Source of the DNA: Bacillota bacterium
GTDB taxonomy: Bacteria > Bacillota > Clostridia > Christensenellales > WQRI01
DNA: 49,611 nt
Direction: 5' to 3'
Assembly (NCBI GenBank): GCA_009786825.1
Contig: WQRI01000004.1
Location: forward strand, 1 to 49,611
The position numbers and the translations under genes are program-made. Of the stretch, positions 28,078-37,804 are shown one piece after another (position 1 is the first letter of the stretch; each line of letters starts with the position of its first letter). The notes below the pieces were generated by a model. It was not told where the DNA came from, made no database searches, and was given only the letters and a program-made list of their open reading frames with translations.

Positions 28078-28126
28078 AAATGCGCAATTTCGGCAACGAT
28101 GTAGGGACGGAGGAGTTGGCGCACTT
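28078..28126. other. attR (P-B') site, central GG 28104-28105
   Basis: Left arm AAATGCGC.. aligns with 8124-8149; the right-arm motif GCGCACTT is 5 bp closer to the centre than at 8170. Confidence 0.85.
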
Positions 28127-28517
28127 TGAGGTTGTGGGGACTATTGTTTATCAGTTGACTAGGGATATGCACGCAGATGAGATTAAGGCGGCGGGTTATG
28201 ATGGCTGGTATGTAGAACACGGGCTGGGGGTTTATCCGCAGAGTGCGGGGGGCGATGCGTTTACGGCGGCGGCGCTTCAGTCTAAGGGCGACCCTATTGC
28301 CGATATGTACGAGAATTTGGCGGCAGAGCAAAAGGCTCGCGTTACATACGAATACTTGCTAGATATGATAGACGACGAAGATGTAGCAAAACCAATACGC
28401 TTTTTGCGCGAGAGAGAAATTGTTCACTTCCAGCGCTTTGGCGAGGCACTAAACTACGTAAAAGATTGGCAAGAAAAAAAGCACATCTTCTACGGCAACG
28501 AAAGACGCAGAACCTAA
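28095..28517 (+). pseudogene. cotJC: 3' half of the spore-coat manganese catalase CotJC, interrupted by the element array
   Basis: NDVGTEELAHFE..., KGDPIADMYENLAAEQKARVTYEYL, FLREREIVHFQRFGEAL; the N-terminal about 55 aa (YGG.DGE region) is absent. Confidence 0.9.
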
Positions 28518-28568
28518 GAGGTTTTGAAAAACTAATGTGGGATTAGCACATAACAATACATAAAAATT

Positions 28569-28605
28569 AAAATAGGATAGCATTAATTTTTTGCTATCCT
28601 ATTTT
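28569..28605. terminator. Bidirectional terminator between cotJC and the aquaporin
   Basis: AAAATAGGATAGCA / TGCTATCCTATTTT between convergent genes. Confidence 0.8.
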
Positions 28606-28651
28606 GGTTTTAGTGTATGAAGTTTATGGTTGGTACGCTAGTTAGTTTTTT

Positions 28652-29701
28652 CTAGCCGCAGCCGCCGCAAGAGCCTGAGCATTTTGCGCCGCAGGTTTGT
28701 GGCTCTATTAGGTTTTTGTTGTTTTCTGAACTTTCTGCTAGTTTTTCTATGTTTTCTTCTATTTTGCTCTCATTGCCGTCTTTGTCTTTGCTGAACACGC
28801 CTTCTTTTGTGTAGACTTTGTCTTCGTAGTAGCCCCACGCGTGACATTGGTGAAGTACGCTTTCTGTTGGTGCTTCTGCAAAGTGGTTGTTAGCGAATAG
28901 TGGGCGCCCTATGCGACCTGCTAGATAGCCGGCTAGAAGTGCAGGACCTAAGTAAGCCCATAAGTCTCTTAGTGGGTAGAACCAGTGCGCGCCCGCGTAG
29001 TCTGTTCCCCTTGCGGTATGCTCTAAGCCAAAGAATGCGAATTGTATAGCGATACCAACGTTGATTATAGGGTTTACGCTTGCGCCCCTAATTAGTACTG
29101 CAACTGCGTGTTCTAGCACAAGGGACAGACCAATTGTTACGCCGATTATTCTGTTTTTGCCGTATCTGCCAACCGCGCCAGCAACTAAGAATACGAAAAT
29201 AAATGTTAGCACAAATACAAGAAGCGGAATGTGAAGCATAGCCCAGATGCCTTCGTTGTATTCAACAAGGCGCGGTGGGTATGGGATGTAGTAGTTGCCG
29301 TATGCAGCATAACTTTCTGCATAATAGAATGCGCTAGATGTTAAAAACCAAAGTATGAAGCCCGCCAAAAGCGCACCAACAATTTGGAAAAGCATATACT
29401 TAAAGCTACACCTAACGTAGATTTCGCCGTCGTACGCTTCCCCTAAAGATACTGCGGGGTTTAGGTGACACCCGCTTATAGGCTGTATAACAATGCCAAG
29501 ACCAATAACAATTAAAGAGTACATTAAAAATGATACCCCCAAAGGTTGCATCCAAGTTTTAGTTAATACAGCAGCCAAAATTAGAATTATAACACCCATA
29601 GTCTCAGCCAAAAACTTACGCATACAGCGCCTTTTGATAAAGCCTAAAAACATAGGTTCTTTCTTTTTTACTGGCATAAATATTTCTCCTTTATTTTTCA
29701 T
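28652..29701 (-). CDS. MIP/aquaporin family channel
   Basis: FLAE..G, ISGCHLNPAVSLG, GASVNPI, six TM helices. Confidence 0.85.
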   Translation of the reverse strand: MKNKGEIFMPVKKKEPMFLGFIKRRCMRKFLAETMGVIILILAAVLTKTWMQPLGVSFLMYSLIVIGLGIVIQPISGCHLNPAVSLGEAYDGEIYVRCSFKYMLFQIVGALLAGFILWFLTSSAFYYAESYAAYGNYYIPYPPRLVEYNEGIWAMLHIPLLVFVLTFIFVFLVAGAVGRYGKNRIIGVTIGLSLVLEHAVAVLIRGASVNPIINVGIAIQFAFFGLEHTARGTDYAGAHWFYPLRDLWAYLGPALLAGYLAGRIGRPLFANNHFAEAPTESVLHQCHAWGYYEDKVYTKEGVFSKDKDGNESKIEENIEKLAESSENNKNLIEPQTCGAKCSGSCGGCG

Positions 29702-30064
29702 TATATGAAATGCGTTCTAAAATTATTTTCTGTAATACATTGAACCCGCTTGTAAAACTTAACTGTTTAGGTTTTGCAAAAGGTTCATCGTAGATATATT
29801 TTACTACATTTAAAAAAAAATGTCAACGAACTTAAAATGCTTTATCAATTTTTTTTTGCACCCTAACAAAAAATCGCCCATAAATTTTATTGCATAATTT
29901 GTATAAAAATGATATAATATTTTTAAAGGTCTAGAGTGTTTTTAGAAACTAAACAAAAGTCTGCATTAAAAGGAAAAGTAAAACTTGAAAAGGAAACGAG
30001 AATATAATCTTTTCGGGGAGTTTTGTGGCGCGGGATTTGTCAAAAGCCGGTCACGTGAAAAATT

Positions 30065-30904
30065 ATGGAAAACAACAAAACAGATTTAACGTTTGATTGC
30101 ATAAGGCAATTAGATGTACAAGGTAATGAATTTTGGTATGCAAGAGAATTGATGGGCATATTAAAATATGCCAAGTGGGAAAATTTTCACAAGGTTATCA
30201 AGCAAGCAATGATTAGTTGTAAGATTAGCCAGCAAGATGTTGGTTACAACTTTCCTGAGGTCAGGAAAGTTGCAGTAAGTGAAAATGGTAAAAGGCATTC
30301 AATCAAAGACTATCGCCTTACGCGCTATGCTTGCTATTTGATTGTAATGAATGCAGACCCTAGAAAAGAGGTTATCGCATTAGGTCAAACATATTTTGCA
30401 GTTAAAACAAGGCAACAAGAATTGCAAGAGTTATATAATAGGTTAAGCGAAGATGAAAAGAGACTATTTTTAAGAAGCGACATCAAGCAAAAGAATATGC
30501 TACTTGCAGAAGTTGCGCACAAGGCGGGTATAAACACAAGCCTAGAATATGCAGAGTTTACGAACAAAGGTTACGAAGGGCTTTATGGTGGGCTTACTGC
30601 AAAAGATATTGCTTTTAAAAAAGGCTTAGACGAAAACCAAGAAATTTTAGATTATATGGGTAGCGAAGAGTTGGGTGCGAACTTATTCCGCATAACTCAA
30701 ACTGAAGGTGTGCTTAAAAAAAGCAATGTTACAAATAAGATTTTAGCGGGTGATATCCATTACAACGTAGGCAAAACAGTTAGAAAAGCAATTGAAGAGA
30801 TAGGTGGAACAATGCCGGAAGATTTACCAACGCCCAAAAAGTCTATACCGCAAATACAAAAAGAGCAAACAAAACAACTAAAAGATAAAAAGGGTAAAAA
30901 ATAG
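30065..30904 (+). CDS. dinD: DNA damage-inducible protein D
   Basis: EFWYAREL, LTRYACYLIVMNADPRKE, GQTYFAVKTRQQE, GLYGGL, MGSEELGANLFRITQTE, GGTMPEDLP. Confidence 0.92.
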   Translation: MENNKTDLTFDCIRQLDVQGNEFWYARELMGILKYAKWENFHKVIKQAMISCKISQQDVGYNFPEVRKVAVSENGKRHSIKDYRLTRYACYLIVMNADPRKEVIALGQTYFAVKTRQQELQELYNRLSEDEKRLFLRSDIKQKNMLLAEVAHKAGINTSLEYAEFTNKGYEGLYGGLTAKDIAFKKGLDENQEILDYMGSEELGANLFRITQTEGVLKKSNVTNKILAGDIHYNVGKTVRKAIEEIGGTMPEDLPTPKKSIPQIQKEQTKQLKDKKGKK

Positions 30905-31001
30905 GTTAGTGTCTAAGAAGTAAGCTGAGAAGGTTTTATATTGAGAACTTTTGCAGTAGTTGTGGCTTGAGAAAAAATAAAATTTAATAGAGAGAAAAAT
31001 T

Positions 31002-31457
31002 ATGAGAAAGTTAAAAGTATTGTTGTTGTTTATTTTTACTTTGTCTCTTTTTATTGCGCTGGTTGCGTGTGACGAATCTGATAATCAAGGTGATAGTTAT
31101 ATTGTAGACAAGGATGCGGTTTATAAAGCGTTTAGGGAAGCAGGCTGGGATATACGCGTTTGGCGATACGAGAATGTAGAAGACCATTATTTTTTAGATG
31201 AAATGGCTACAAATCTAGAACTTATAAACGGAATTGATAATTTAGAATTGCTTTGGGTAGTAGATGCAAATAACTTTAAGCAAATTGCGGATATTGGCAT
31301 ATTGCAACTTGCCACTATTTCACAAGCGATTGCATTGTATGAGGCTTTACGCGAGAGTGAACACGCAACAGCAGAAGGTGTTGTTATAAGCCGTTACGGA
31401 GCTTTTGTATATACTGGAGACCAAGCGGGGTATACTCTTTTTAAAGCGAGCAGATAA
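31002..31457 (+). CDS. Hypothetical lipoprotein
   Basis: Signal peptide with lipobox LVAC. Confidence 0.75.
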   Translation: MRKLKVLLLFIFTLSLFIALVACDESDNQGDSYIVDKDAVYKAFREAGWDIRVWRYENVEDHYFLDEMATNLELINGIDNLELLWVVDANNFKQIADIGILQLATISQAIALYEALRESEHATAEGVVISRYGAFVYTGDQAGYTLFKASR

Positions 31458-31576
31458 ATTTAAAGTACTCGCCATAATTTTTTTAAATTTTTGTGTGTCA
31501 AATGGTTGCTTTATTATTGGTTATAGTGTATAATATAATTGTGAATAAAATATGAATATTGTGGAATTAAAAAGTT

Positions 31577-32935
31577 TTGCTTGCCGTAGATAAGCAAGTG
31601 GCAAGCAAAGGCAAAATTTCACAATGCAAGACAATTACTAAAGAGAGGGTTTTGTATATGCTTAAACTAGTTAAGCCAACGGAGATTTGGGAGGCTAAAT
31701 TTAAAGATTACATAAGGGACTGGGTGGACAATGGCGAGACGCCGGTTCCTGCTATTACTAAGTACAAAAAGGTTAAGTACGAAAAGTGGCTTTGGGAAAT
31801 TTTTAAACGAAGCGACCCTAAGTTATGCAAAAAAACGGTCATACCCGCGCACACATTTTTTTTGGTTAAAGAAACGTTTGATAATTGGACTGACAATACG
31901 GCTGTAGAAACTACGATTATTGGGCTTATAGAGGTGCGGCACAACTTATCTAAAAAAACGTACAGAACAAGCGGGCATATAGATTATGGGATAAGACCCT
32001 CAGAGCGCGGCAAGGGTTATGGCAAAACTATTATAAAGTTGGCTTTAGATTTGGCAAGAAAGTTGGGGATAAAGAAGGCTGTGCTTTGTGTAAAGTCAGA
32101 TAATGTGCCGTCTAAAAAGATAATAGAAAGGGCGGGTGGAATTTATCAAGACTACATAATAGATAAAAAAGGCAAGATAGATAGATATTTTGTTATTTTG
32201 TGCGAAGAGTTGTTAGCAGCGGAAAGAGAGGCAGAGAACAAAGCGATAGAGCCAAATGTTGTAATAGAACTACAAGCGGCAGAGAAATTTTTAGTAGAAC
32301 ATATTGTGCAAAAAAACAAAGAGTTAGAGCAAGCGGCAAGGCGCGCTGTTTCTATGACGCTAGGGCAACCGCTAGAGTTTCCAATAGTGCAGTCTGTAGA
32401 GCAAGTTTTAGGTAGAAAGGGCGAGAGTGGCGAGAGCGAGAATACAGGGCAGGGCGTAGAGAAAACCACAGAGCAAGCAGAGCAAGAGATAGGTAAAGCA
32501 ATGGGACAAGTGGCAGAGCAAGAGATAGGTAAAGCAATGGGGCAAGTGGCAGAGCAAGAGATAGAGCAATCACAAATTCAGGCACAAGAAGTATCAGAGC
32601 AAGACGACGACCTTCCAGAGATTACAGAGCCGTTTAGCATATATCTACAGCCAGAAGAGCCAGTTACAGAAGTAGTGGAAAAAGAGCCTACAGCAAAGAC
32701 TGATAAGCCAGTTGCAAAAAAAGAGCCGGTGAAAGAAAAAGCAAAAGAGCCGCAAACCGAGATAAATAAAACAAAAAAATCAAAGCCCGAAGTAAAATCA
32801 AAACCAGAACCAAAGATAAAGCCAGAACCTAAGGCAAAGGCAACTAAAGAAAGTGAAGCAAAAGCAAGCAATACAGAGCGCCAAAGCAAGTTAGAACAAG
32901 CGCGCAAAAGGCTTGCCAGCAAACCTAAAAAATAA
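31577..32935 (+). CDS. GNAT acetyltransferase with a long charged low-complexity tail (start likely 31658)
   Basis: GHIDYGIRPSERGKGYG, NVPSKKIIERAGG; E/K/P-rich tail. Confidence 0.8.
   Translation: MLAVDKQVASKGKISQCKTITKERVLYMLKLVKPTEIWEAKFKDYIRDWVDNGETPVPAITKYKKVKYEKWLWEIFKRSDPKLCKKTVIPAHTFFLVKETFDNWTDNTAVETTIIGLIEVRHNLSKKTYRTSGHIDYGIRPSERGKGYGKTIIKLALDLARKLGIKKAVLCVKSDNVPSKKIIERAGGIYQDYIIDKKGKIDRYFVILCEELLAAEREAENKAIEPNVVIELQAAEKFLVEHIVQKNKELEQAARRAVSMTLGQPLEFPIVQSVEQVLGRKGESGESENTGQGVEKTTEQAEQEIGKAMGQVAEQEIGKAMGQVAEQEIEQSQIQAQEVSEQDDDLPEITEPFSIYLQPEEPVTEVVEKEPTAKTDKPVAKKEPVKEKAKEPQTEINKTKKSKPEVKSKPEPKIKPEPKAKATKESEAKASNTERQSKLEQARKRLASKPKK
32477..32563 (+). repeat. 36-bp coding tandem repeat (AEQEIGKAMGQV) x about 2.4
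   Basis: Read directly from the sequence. Confidence 0.9.
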
Positions 32936-32978
32936 AGGTCATATACAGTAGAGCGTTTTACAACACACATAAAAAGCG

Positions 32979-33020
32979 AAGAGACTAGCAAAATTCAAAA
33001 ATTAATGCTAGTCTCTTTTT
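32979..33020 (+). terminator. Terminator hairpin; repeat family copy 3
   Basis: AAGAGACTAGCA...TGCTAGTCTCTTTTT. Confidence 0.7.
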
Positions 33021-33383
33021 GTTGTTCCCCAAAAAAAGTAGAAAATCTTTATAAAAATGTGCGTGTGGGGATAAGTGGGGCGAGAAAAAAATGCAGAATT
33101 TGAAAAAAAGTGCTGTAAAACGCTTGCTTTTTTGCAAGCAAGCAAGCAAGTATAATAACAGTTATGCACAAAATTTTACTTTGTGTGTATAAGTAGGGCT
33201 TGATATTTAAGATTTTCGCGGTTGTTTTTATTTGGAAAACAAAGGCTTAAAATATTAATATCTGCGCTTTACGTATCTGCTATGCATAGTGCGTAGTAAA
33301 ATAATAATTAAAAAATAGAGGGCTACTAATTTGATTTTTGTTAGTCATTTCAAATTAGTAGTGTCTGAAAAGGAGAAAGTTTT

Positions 33384-34193
33384 ATGAGAAAGAAACTTAA
33401 AATTTTACTAGTAAGTTTACTTGCCTTAAGTATGGCATTTGTAATGTTTGCTTGTGACGACAATGGAAACGGAAATGGCACAGGTGGCGGTAATGGTGGC
33501 GGACCAGAAGATATTGACTTTGATTTAGGCGAAGCAGGCGCTGCACTAACTACTGACAGGACAGCAGAGTTGCTAGACAACTGGCTAGAGAAAGTAGAAA
33601 GCGCTACGCTTGAGAGCATAAGGTCTTTTAATTTTTCGTCTTTGTTTACGGAGTTAAGTGATGGAGCTTTTCGTACAGAAGAATCAGAGACCTTTGTTGC
33701 AAACAACGGAATAGGGTTTGCAGAAAGAATTTTTACTTACGATAGAGTATCAAATCCTTATATCATTCAAACAAGCACATACTTTTATAACAATTCTAGA
33801 TTTGTTCACGCGCATACAAAATGGTTTGACACATTGGGTGGAATTATGGAAAATGAAAGTGAAAGTAAAAGCGTATACCAGTTATGGTACTCTTTAGATT
33901 TCCTTTTTGGTTTTTGTTGCTGTGATTTTTATGCTGACATTGTGGGTAGAAGTTATGCAAACGGGTATGCTATAGTTTTGAGCTATGAGTATGAGGACAA
34001 TTTTAGTAGTTTTATTAAAACACTTGTTTTTGATAACCAAGGCTATCTTGTAGGTATAAGTTATTATAGAACGCACGCATATGAGTGTTATTGGGAATCG
34101 GTTATTATAGAGCGGAAATTTACGAGAACAACAAACATAGTGTGGGGAGGAAACCCAGCAGTACCAACACCAGATGTTAGTTTGTGGGCGTAG
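33384..34193 (+). CDS. Hypothetical lipoprotein with Gly/Asn linker
   Basis: AAGGAG RBS, lipobox MFAC, DDNGNGNGTGGGNGGG. Confidence 0.75.
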   Translation: MRKKLKILLVSLLALSMAFVMFACDDNGNGNGTGGGNGGGPEDIDFDLGEAGAALTTDRTAELLDNWLEKVESATLESIRSFNFSSLFTELSDGAFRTEESETFVANNGIGFAERIFTYDRVSNPYIIQTSTYFYNNSRFVHAHTKWFDTLGGIMENESESKSVYQLWYSLDFLFGFCCCDFYADIVGRSYANGYAIVLSYEYEDNFSSFIKTLVFDNQGYLVGISYYRTHAYECYWESVIIERKFTRTTNIVWGGNPAVPTPDVSLWA

Positions 34194-34458
34194 TGTGTGT
34201 AATTTTGTAGGTAGTGGTTGGTAAAACTTTACTTCAGAATTTTGCAGTATTAAGAATAGTTGTTAAATACACTTGCAATTTGGCAAAATAAATAGTATAA
34301 TAGTGCTATGGTAAAAAAACCATAGCACTATTTTGTATTATAAGAATTATTGTTAAGCGGGTGTTGTATCCGTTAACAACGTTATGAAATGTTTGTTATG
34401 GTTAGTCTCATTCTAAGAACGACAATTTCTATATCATAAAAAAATTGGGAGAGAAAAT

Positions 34459-34983
34459 ATGAGTTATGTAAAAAATTTAGCAGCAGATGAAGAAGTTTTA
34501 TTAAAGGCAAGGCGCACCAAACTTATTTTTACTGATAGCGTTTTGTTAAGTATTGCGTATATCGCTTATGTGATATGCTTTTTTGCGTTCGATTGGCTAG
34601 ATAGTGCAGACACGCCGGCAAGGCTTTTGGCCGCGTTTGGTCCGGCAATTATTCCGGTGGGGTTACTGATTAAAGACTTTTTAGGGTATATTGATTTGGA
34701 AGTGGGTCTTACGCCGACAAGGCTGCTTGGCAAGAAGGGAATAATAAGGTTACTGATTTTAGACCACCCGCTAAATCGTGCTACTAATATGAAAGTAGAA
34801 ATCAGTCTACTAGGCAGAATTTTTAAATTTGGCACGCTTAGAATTTTTGCGCCGGGCGTTGAGTATGTTTACAAAATGATAAGAAACCCGCTTGCTATTC
34901 AAGCAATGGTAAACAGACTGTCTATGCAAAATCAGAATGCGGCTAACACGTTTGGTGGTAATACGCCGCAACAACCGCAGTAG
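34459..34983 (+). CDS. Bacterial PH-domain membrane protein
   Basis: Two TM helices, LT..RL.GKKG, SLLGRIFKFGTL pattern. Confidence 0.75.
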   Translation: MSYVKNLAADEEVLLKARRTKLIFTDSVLLSIAYIAYVICFFAFDWLDSADTPARLLAAFGPAIIPVGLLIKDFLGYIDLEVGLTPTRLLGKKGIIRLLILDHPLNRATNMKVEISLLGRIFKFGTLRIFAPGVEYVYKMIRNPLAIQAMVNRLSMQNQNAANTFGGNTPQQPQ

Positions 34984-34985
34984 TA

Positions 34986-35146
34986 AGTGAGTGTAGAGTG
35001 TAAAGTGTAAAGTGTAAAGTGTAGAGTGGTTAAATTCATTAACTACTATGCTTTTGAACAGTCTGCAATAGGTGTCTGCCTGCAATTTACAATAATTATT
35101 GCCCGCGTAAGCGGTGTAACCATTTAACATTTAAAATTTAAGATTT
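34986..35146. repeat. Intergenic element with heptamer tracts at both ends
   Basis: (AGTGTAA/G)n at left, (CATTTAA)-like at right; internal motifs shared with 45174, 47505 and 48427. Confidence 0.65.
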
Positions 35147-35150
35147 ATCT

Positions 35151-37346
35151 ATGAAACCTAAGTCTACTATAAAATTTCCCAAAAAGGCTGTTGTTACGGC
35201 GGGAATGCCCTACGGAAATAAAGAACTTCATTTTGGGCATATTGGCGGTGTATTTGTGCAAGCAGATGTGTTTGCAAGATTTTTGCGTTGCAGAATTGGG
35301 CGTGAGAATGTAATTTTTGTATCGGGTACAGATTGCTACGGCTCTGTAGTTTTTGAAAAGCACAGACAACTTTTAGAAAGCGGACAATTCAGCGGAAGCG
35401 TCTCAGACTTTGTAAGCGGTGTGTACGAGTCGCAAAAAGCCACGTTAGAGAAGTATTTTATAGATGTGCATTATTGTGGCTCGAGCGAAGGGCAAGCGGG
35501 GGACATTCATACGCAGTTAAGCGCAGACATTGTGAACTGTTTGTATGAGCGGGGCGTTTTGTTTAAGGCGCAAAGCTTGTTGTTTTTTGATACTGTGCAT
35601 AATGTTTTTTTAAACGGCAGGCAAGTTAGCGGTTATTGTCCGATTGCCGCGTGTAAATCGGAAAAGGGGTATGCGGACGAGTGCAGTTTGGGGCATCAAT
35701 ATTTTCCGCACCAATTGCTAGAGCCAAAAAGTGAACTGTCGGGTAGCATACCTCAGCTTAGGGAAGCGCCAAGTTGGTATTTCGATTTAGAAAAGTATAG
35801 AGAGTTTTTGCAAGGCTTTTTGCATCGTAGGGAAGGCTTTGGTGATGGGCTTAGTGATGGGCGTAGTAGTCGTAAGGGGGCGAGCGGGGCAGACAGCGCG
35901 CTAGGTGTGGCTCAAAACAGCAGGGCTTTTGTTACTGCCGCGTCTAAAGAATTTTTAGTGCCGCCAAGTATATTTATAAAAAGCGAGTGCGGCGAGAGCA
36001 AAAAAATAGTTTACAACAGCCTTCAAGAAAGGGAAGAAGCAAGTAAAGATTTAGCCGCAAAAGGCAAAAAATTCAGAACTTCAAAAACGCTAGTGCCGTT
36101 CAGAATTTCTGCGAATTTAGAGTGGGGTGTACCATTTCCAAACTTAGACGGCGCAAGCGCTGGGCTAACTACGTGGGTGTGGCCTGAGAGCCTATGGGCG
36201 CCAATAAGTTTCACCAAGCACTATTTAAGCGCTTTAGGGGGCAATAAAAAAGGTGAGGGGGCAAATTCTACAAAAGTTGCGGGGGTCAGTTATAAAGATT
36301 TTTGGCAAAATAAAAACGCCGCGGTTTATCAGTTTATAGGTGAGGATAACATCTATTTTTACAACATAGCACAGCAAGCGATGTTTAGTGAGTTGGCTCG
36401 CTCGGCGACATTCAAAGGGCTTGTAGAGACGGAAGTTATTGCTAACAAGCACCTGTTATTTTTTGGCAGTAAGGCGGCAAGTAGCGGGGCTGTGAAGCCT
36501 CCTATGGCAGACGAGTTGCTAAGCCACTACAGCGCAGAGCATTTGCGTGCGCACTTTTTTGCGATGGCGCTAGATAAGCATAGCGTGAGTTTTCAGCCGG
36601 CGGCGCTAGTGGCTGGTGCGGGGGCTGGCGTGGACACAAAAACTAGTGCTACAGACCCTGCCCTTAAAGAGTGGAATGTTTTTGCAAATTTGCTTAATCG
36701 CGCGTGCAGAACATTGTTTAATACTTTTCAAAAGTTTCATCCAGATAAGGCGTCAGATAGCGAAGCAGACCAAATTTTTTATGGGGGGGCAATCTCAAAA
36801 GAAGTTAAAGATACGGCAACAAAAGCGGTGGCAGAGTACGAAAGGCTTATGATGGCTACGGCGTTTACTAAAGTTATGGTGCATCTAGAAAACTTTTTTA
36901 AAGAGATTAACGGCGTTATAACAAGCAAGGTTCAGCAACTAGAGGCTTTTATAAATAAACAGCGCGAGTGGCTAGCAAATACAAACCCAGATTATGCAAA
37001 CCTAAAGATGACCGAAGTCACGCAATATTTATCAAAAAACAAAGATTATAAAAAGAACCAAGGCGGTAGGCAGAACCAAGGCGACACAAATACTAAAAAG
37101 CAATTTGCAGAGTTTACAAAACTGTTCAACAATACCATAGCAGATATAACCCATCTTGTAAAAACCGCAACAATTTTGTCCTACCCAATTACGCCACAAT
37201 CAGCAGACAAAGTAAGGCATCAACTTAACGCCAGCCCAGACCTTTACTGCTATACAAATATCCACCACCCACTAGACAAAATAATCACAAAAAACCACCG
37301 CTTCAAACACCTACAACCAAAAACAGACTTCTTCCCAAAAGCCTAA
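35151..37346 (+). CDS. metG: Methionyl-tRNA synthetase (divergent)
   Basis: TAGMPYGN..LHFGH, FVSGTDCYG, Zn knuckle CP..C...DEC..GH, WVWPES, QFIGEDNIYF. Confidence 0.9.
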   Translation: MKPKSTIKFPKKAVVTAGMPYGNKELHFGHIGGVFVQADVFARFLRCRIGRENVIFVSGTDCYGSVVFEKHRQLLESGQFSGSVSDFVSGVYESQKATLEKYFIDVHYCGSSEGQAGDIHTQLSADIVNCLYERGVLFKAQSLLFFDTVHNVFLNGRQVSGYCPIAACKSEKGYADECSLGHQYFPHQLLEPKSELSGSIPQLREAPSWYFDLEKYREFLQGFLHRREGFGDGLSDGRSSRKGASGADSALGVAQNSRAFVTAASKEFLVPPSIFIKSECGESKKIVYNSLQEREEASKDLAAKGKKFRTSKTLVPFRISANLEWGVPFPNLDGASAGLTTWVWPESLWAPISFTKHYLSALGGNKKGEGANSTKVAGVSYKDFWQNKNAAVYQFIGEDNIYFYNIAQQAMFSELARSATFKGLVETEVIANKHLLFFGSKAASSGAVKPPMADELLSHYSAEHLRAHFFAMALDKHSVSFQPAALVAGAGAGVDTKTSATDPALKEWNVFANLLNRACRTLFNTFQKFHPDKASDSEADQIFYGGAISKEVKDTATKAVAEYERLMMATAFTKVMVHLENFFKEINGVITSKVQQLEAFINKQREWLANTNPDYANLKMTEVTQYLSKNKDYKKNQGGRQNQGDTNTKKQFAEFTKLFNNTIADITHLVKTATILSYPITPQSADKVRHQLNASPDLYCYTNIHHPLDKIITKNHRFKHLQPKTDFFPKA

Positions 37347-37503
37347 CGTTAATGCAAAACAGGTCAACCGACAGAGTATAAATAGGCTAAACCAAATTAT
37401 CAAAATAGGTCAACCCGATTATAAAATCTTAAGCAATACTCAAGGTTCAATCGAAAATTCAAATACCAAACAATACGCTGAAACATATCTCAGCGTTTAA
37501 CAC

Positions 37504-37578
37504 GCTTCCGTGGCGCAGGGGTAGCGCACCTCCATGGTAAGGAGGGGGTCGTGGGTTCAAATCCCATCGGAAGCTCCA
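37504..37578 (+). tRNA. tRNA-Thr(GGT)
   Basis: Acceptor GCTTCCG/CGGAAGC, anticodon arm CCTCC-ATGGTAA-GGAGG, GGTTCAAATCC, CCA end. Confidence 0.95.
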
Positions 37579-37804
37579 CGCTTACGCTTCGCCGCCAAAC
37601 GAAATTTTGCGTTGCAAAATTTGCGGCGACTTCTTTGCTATGTTTTTCTTGAAAATAGATTTTCAAGAAAAACGTAAATGCAAGCATTTACAAAAACGAA
37701 CGGATAATACTATAGCACACAACAATTATATTTGACACAACATTCGTTTGATATTAACATTTTTTAGAAAGGTCTTAGTATTAAAAGCAAAAAGGTGGTG
37801 TATT

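Larger units (their letters stand above)
8152..28105 (+). mobile_element. Element 2: about 19.95-kb capsid-less relative of element 1 carrying defence cargo
   Basis: Bounded by att arms that form a 22/26 palindrome when joined; contains the second origin, Rep, small ORF and LSR. Confidence 0.85.

Noticed and set aside
28080-28094. ATG 28080 as the start of a complete catalase
   Set aside because: It lies in the element's att arm, has no RBS, and the conserved N-terminal CotJC region is missing
35101-35114. 14-nt match GCCCGCGTAAGCGG to origin 1 hairpin 2 (4055-4068)
   Set aside because: Short self-complementary motif with no nonamer or Rep nearby; not treated as a third origin
37490-37687. 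65-aa minus-strand ORF
   Set aside because: Antisense shadow of tRNA-Thr
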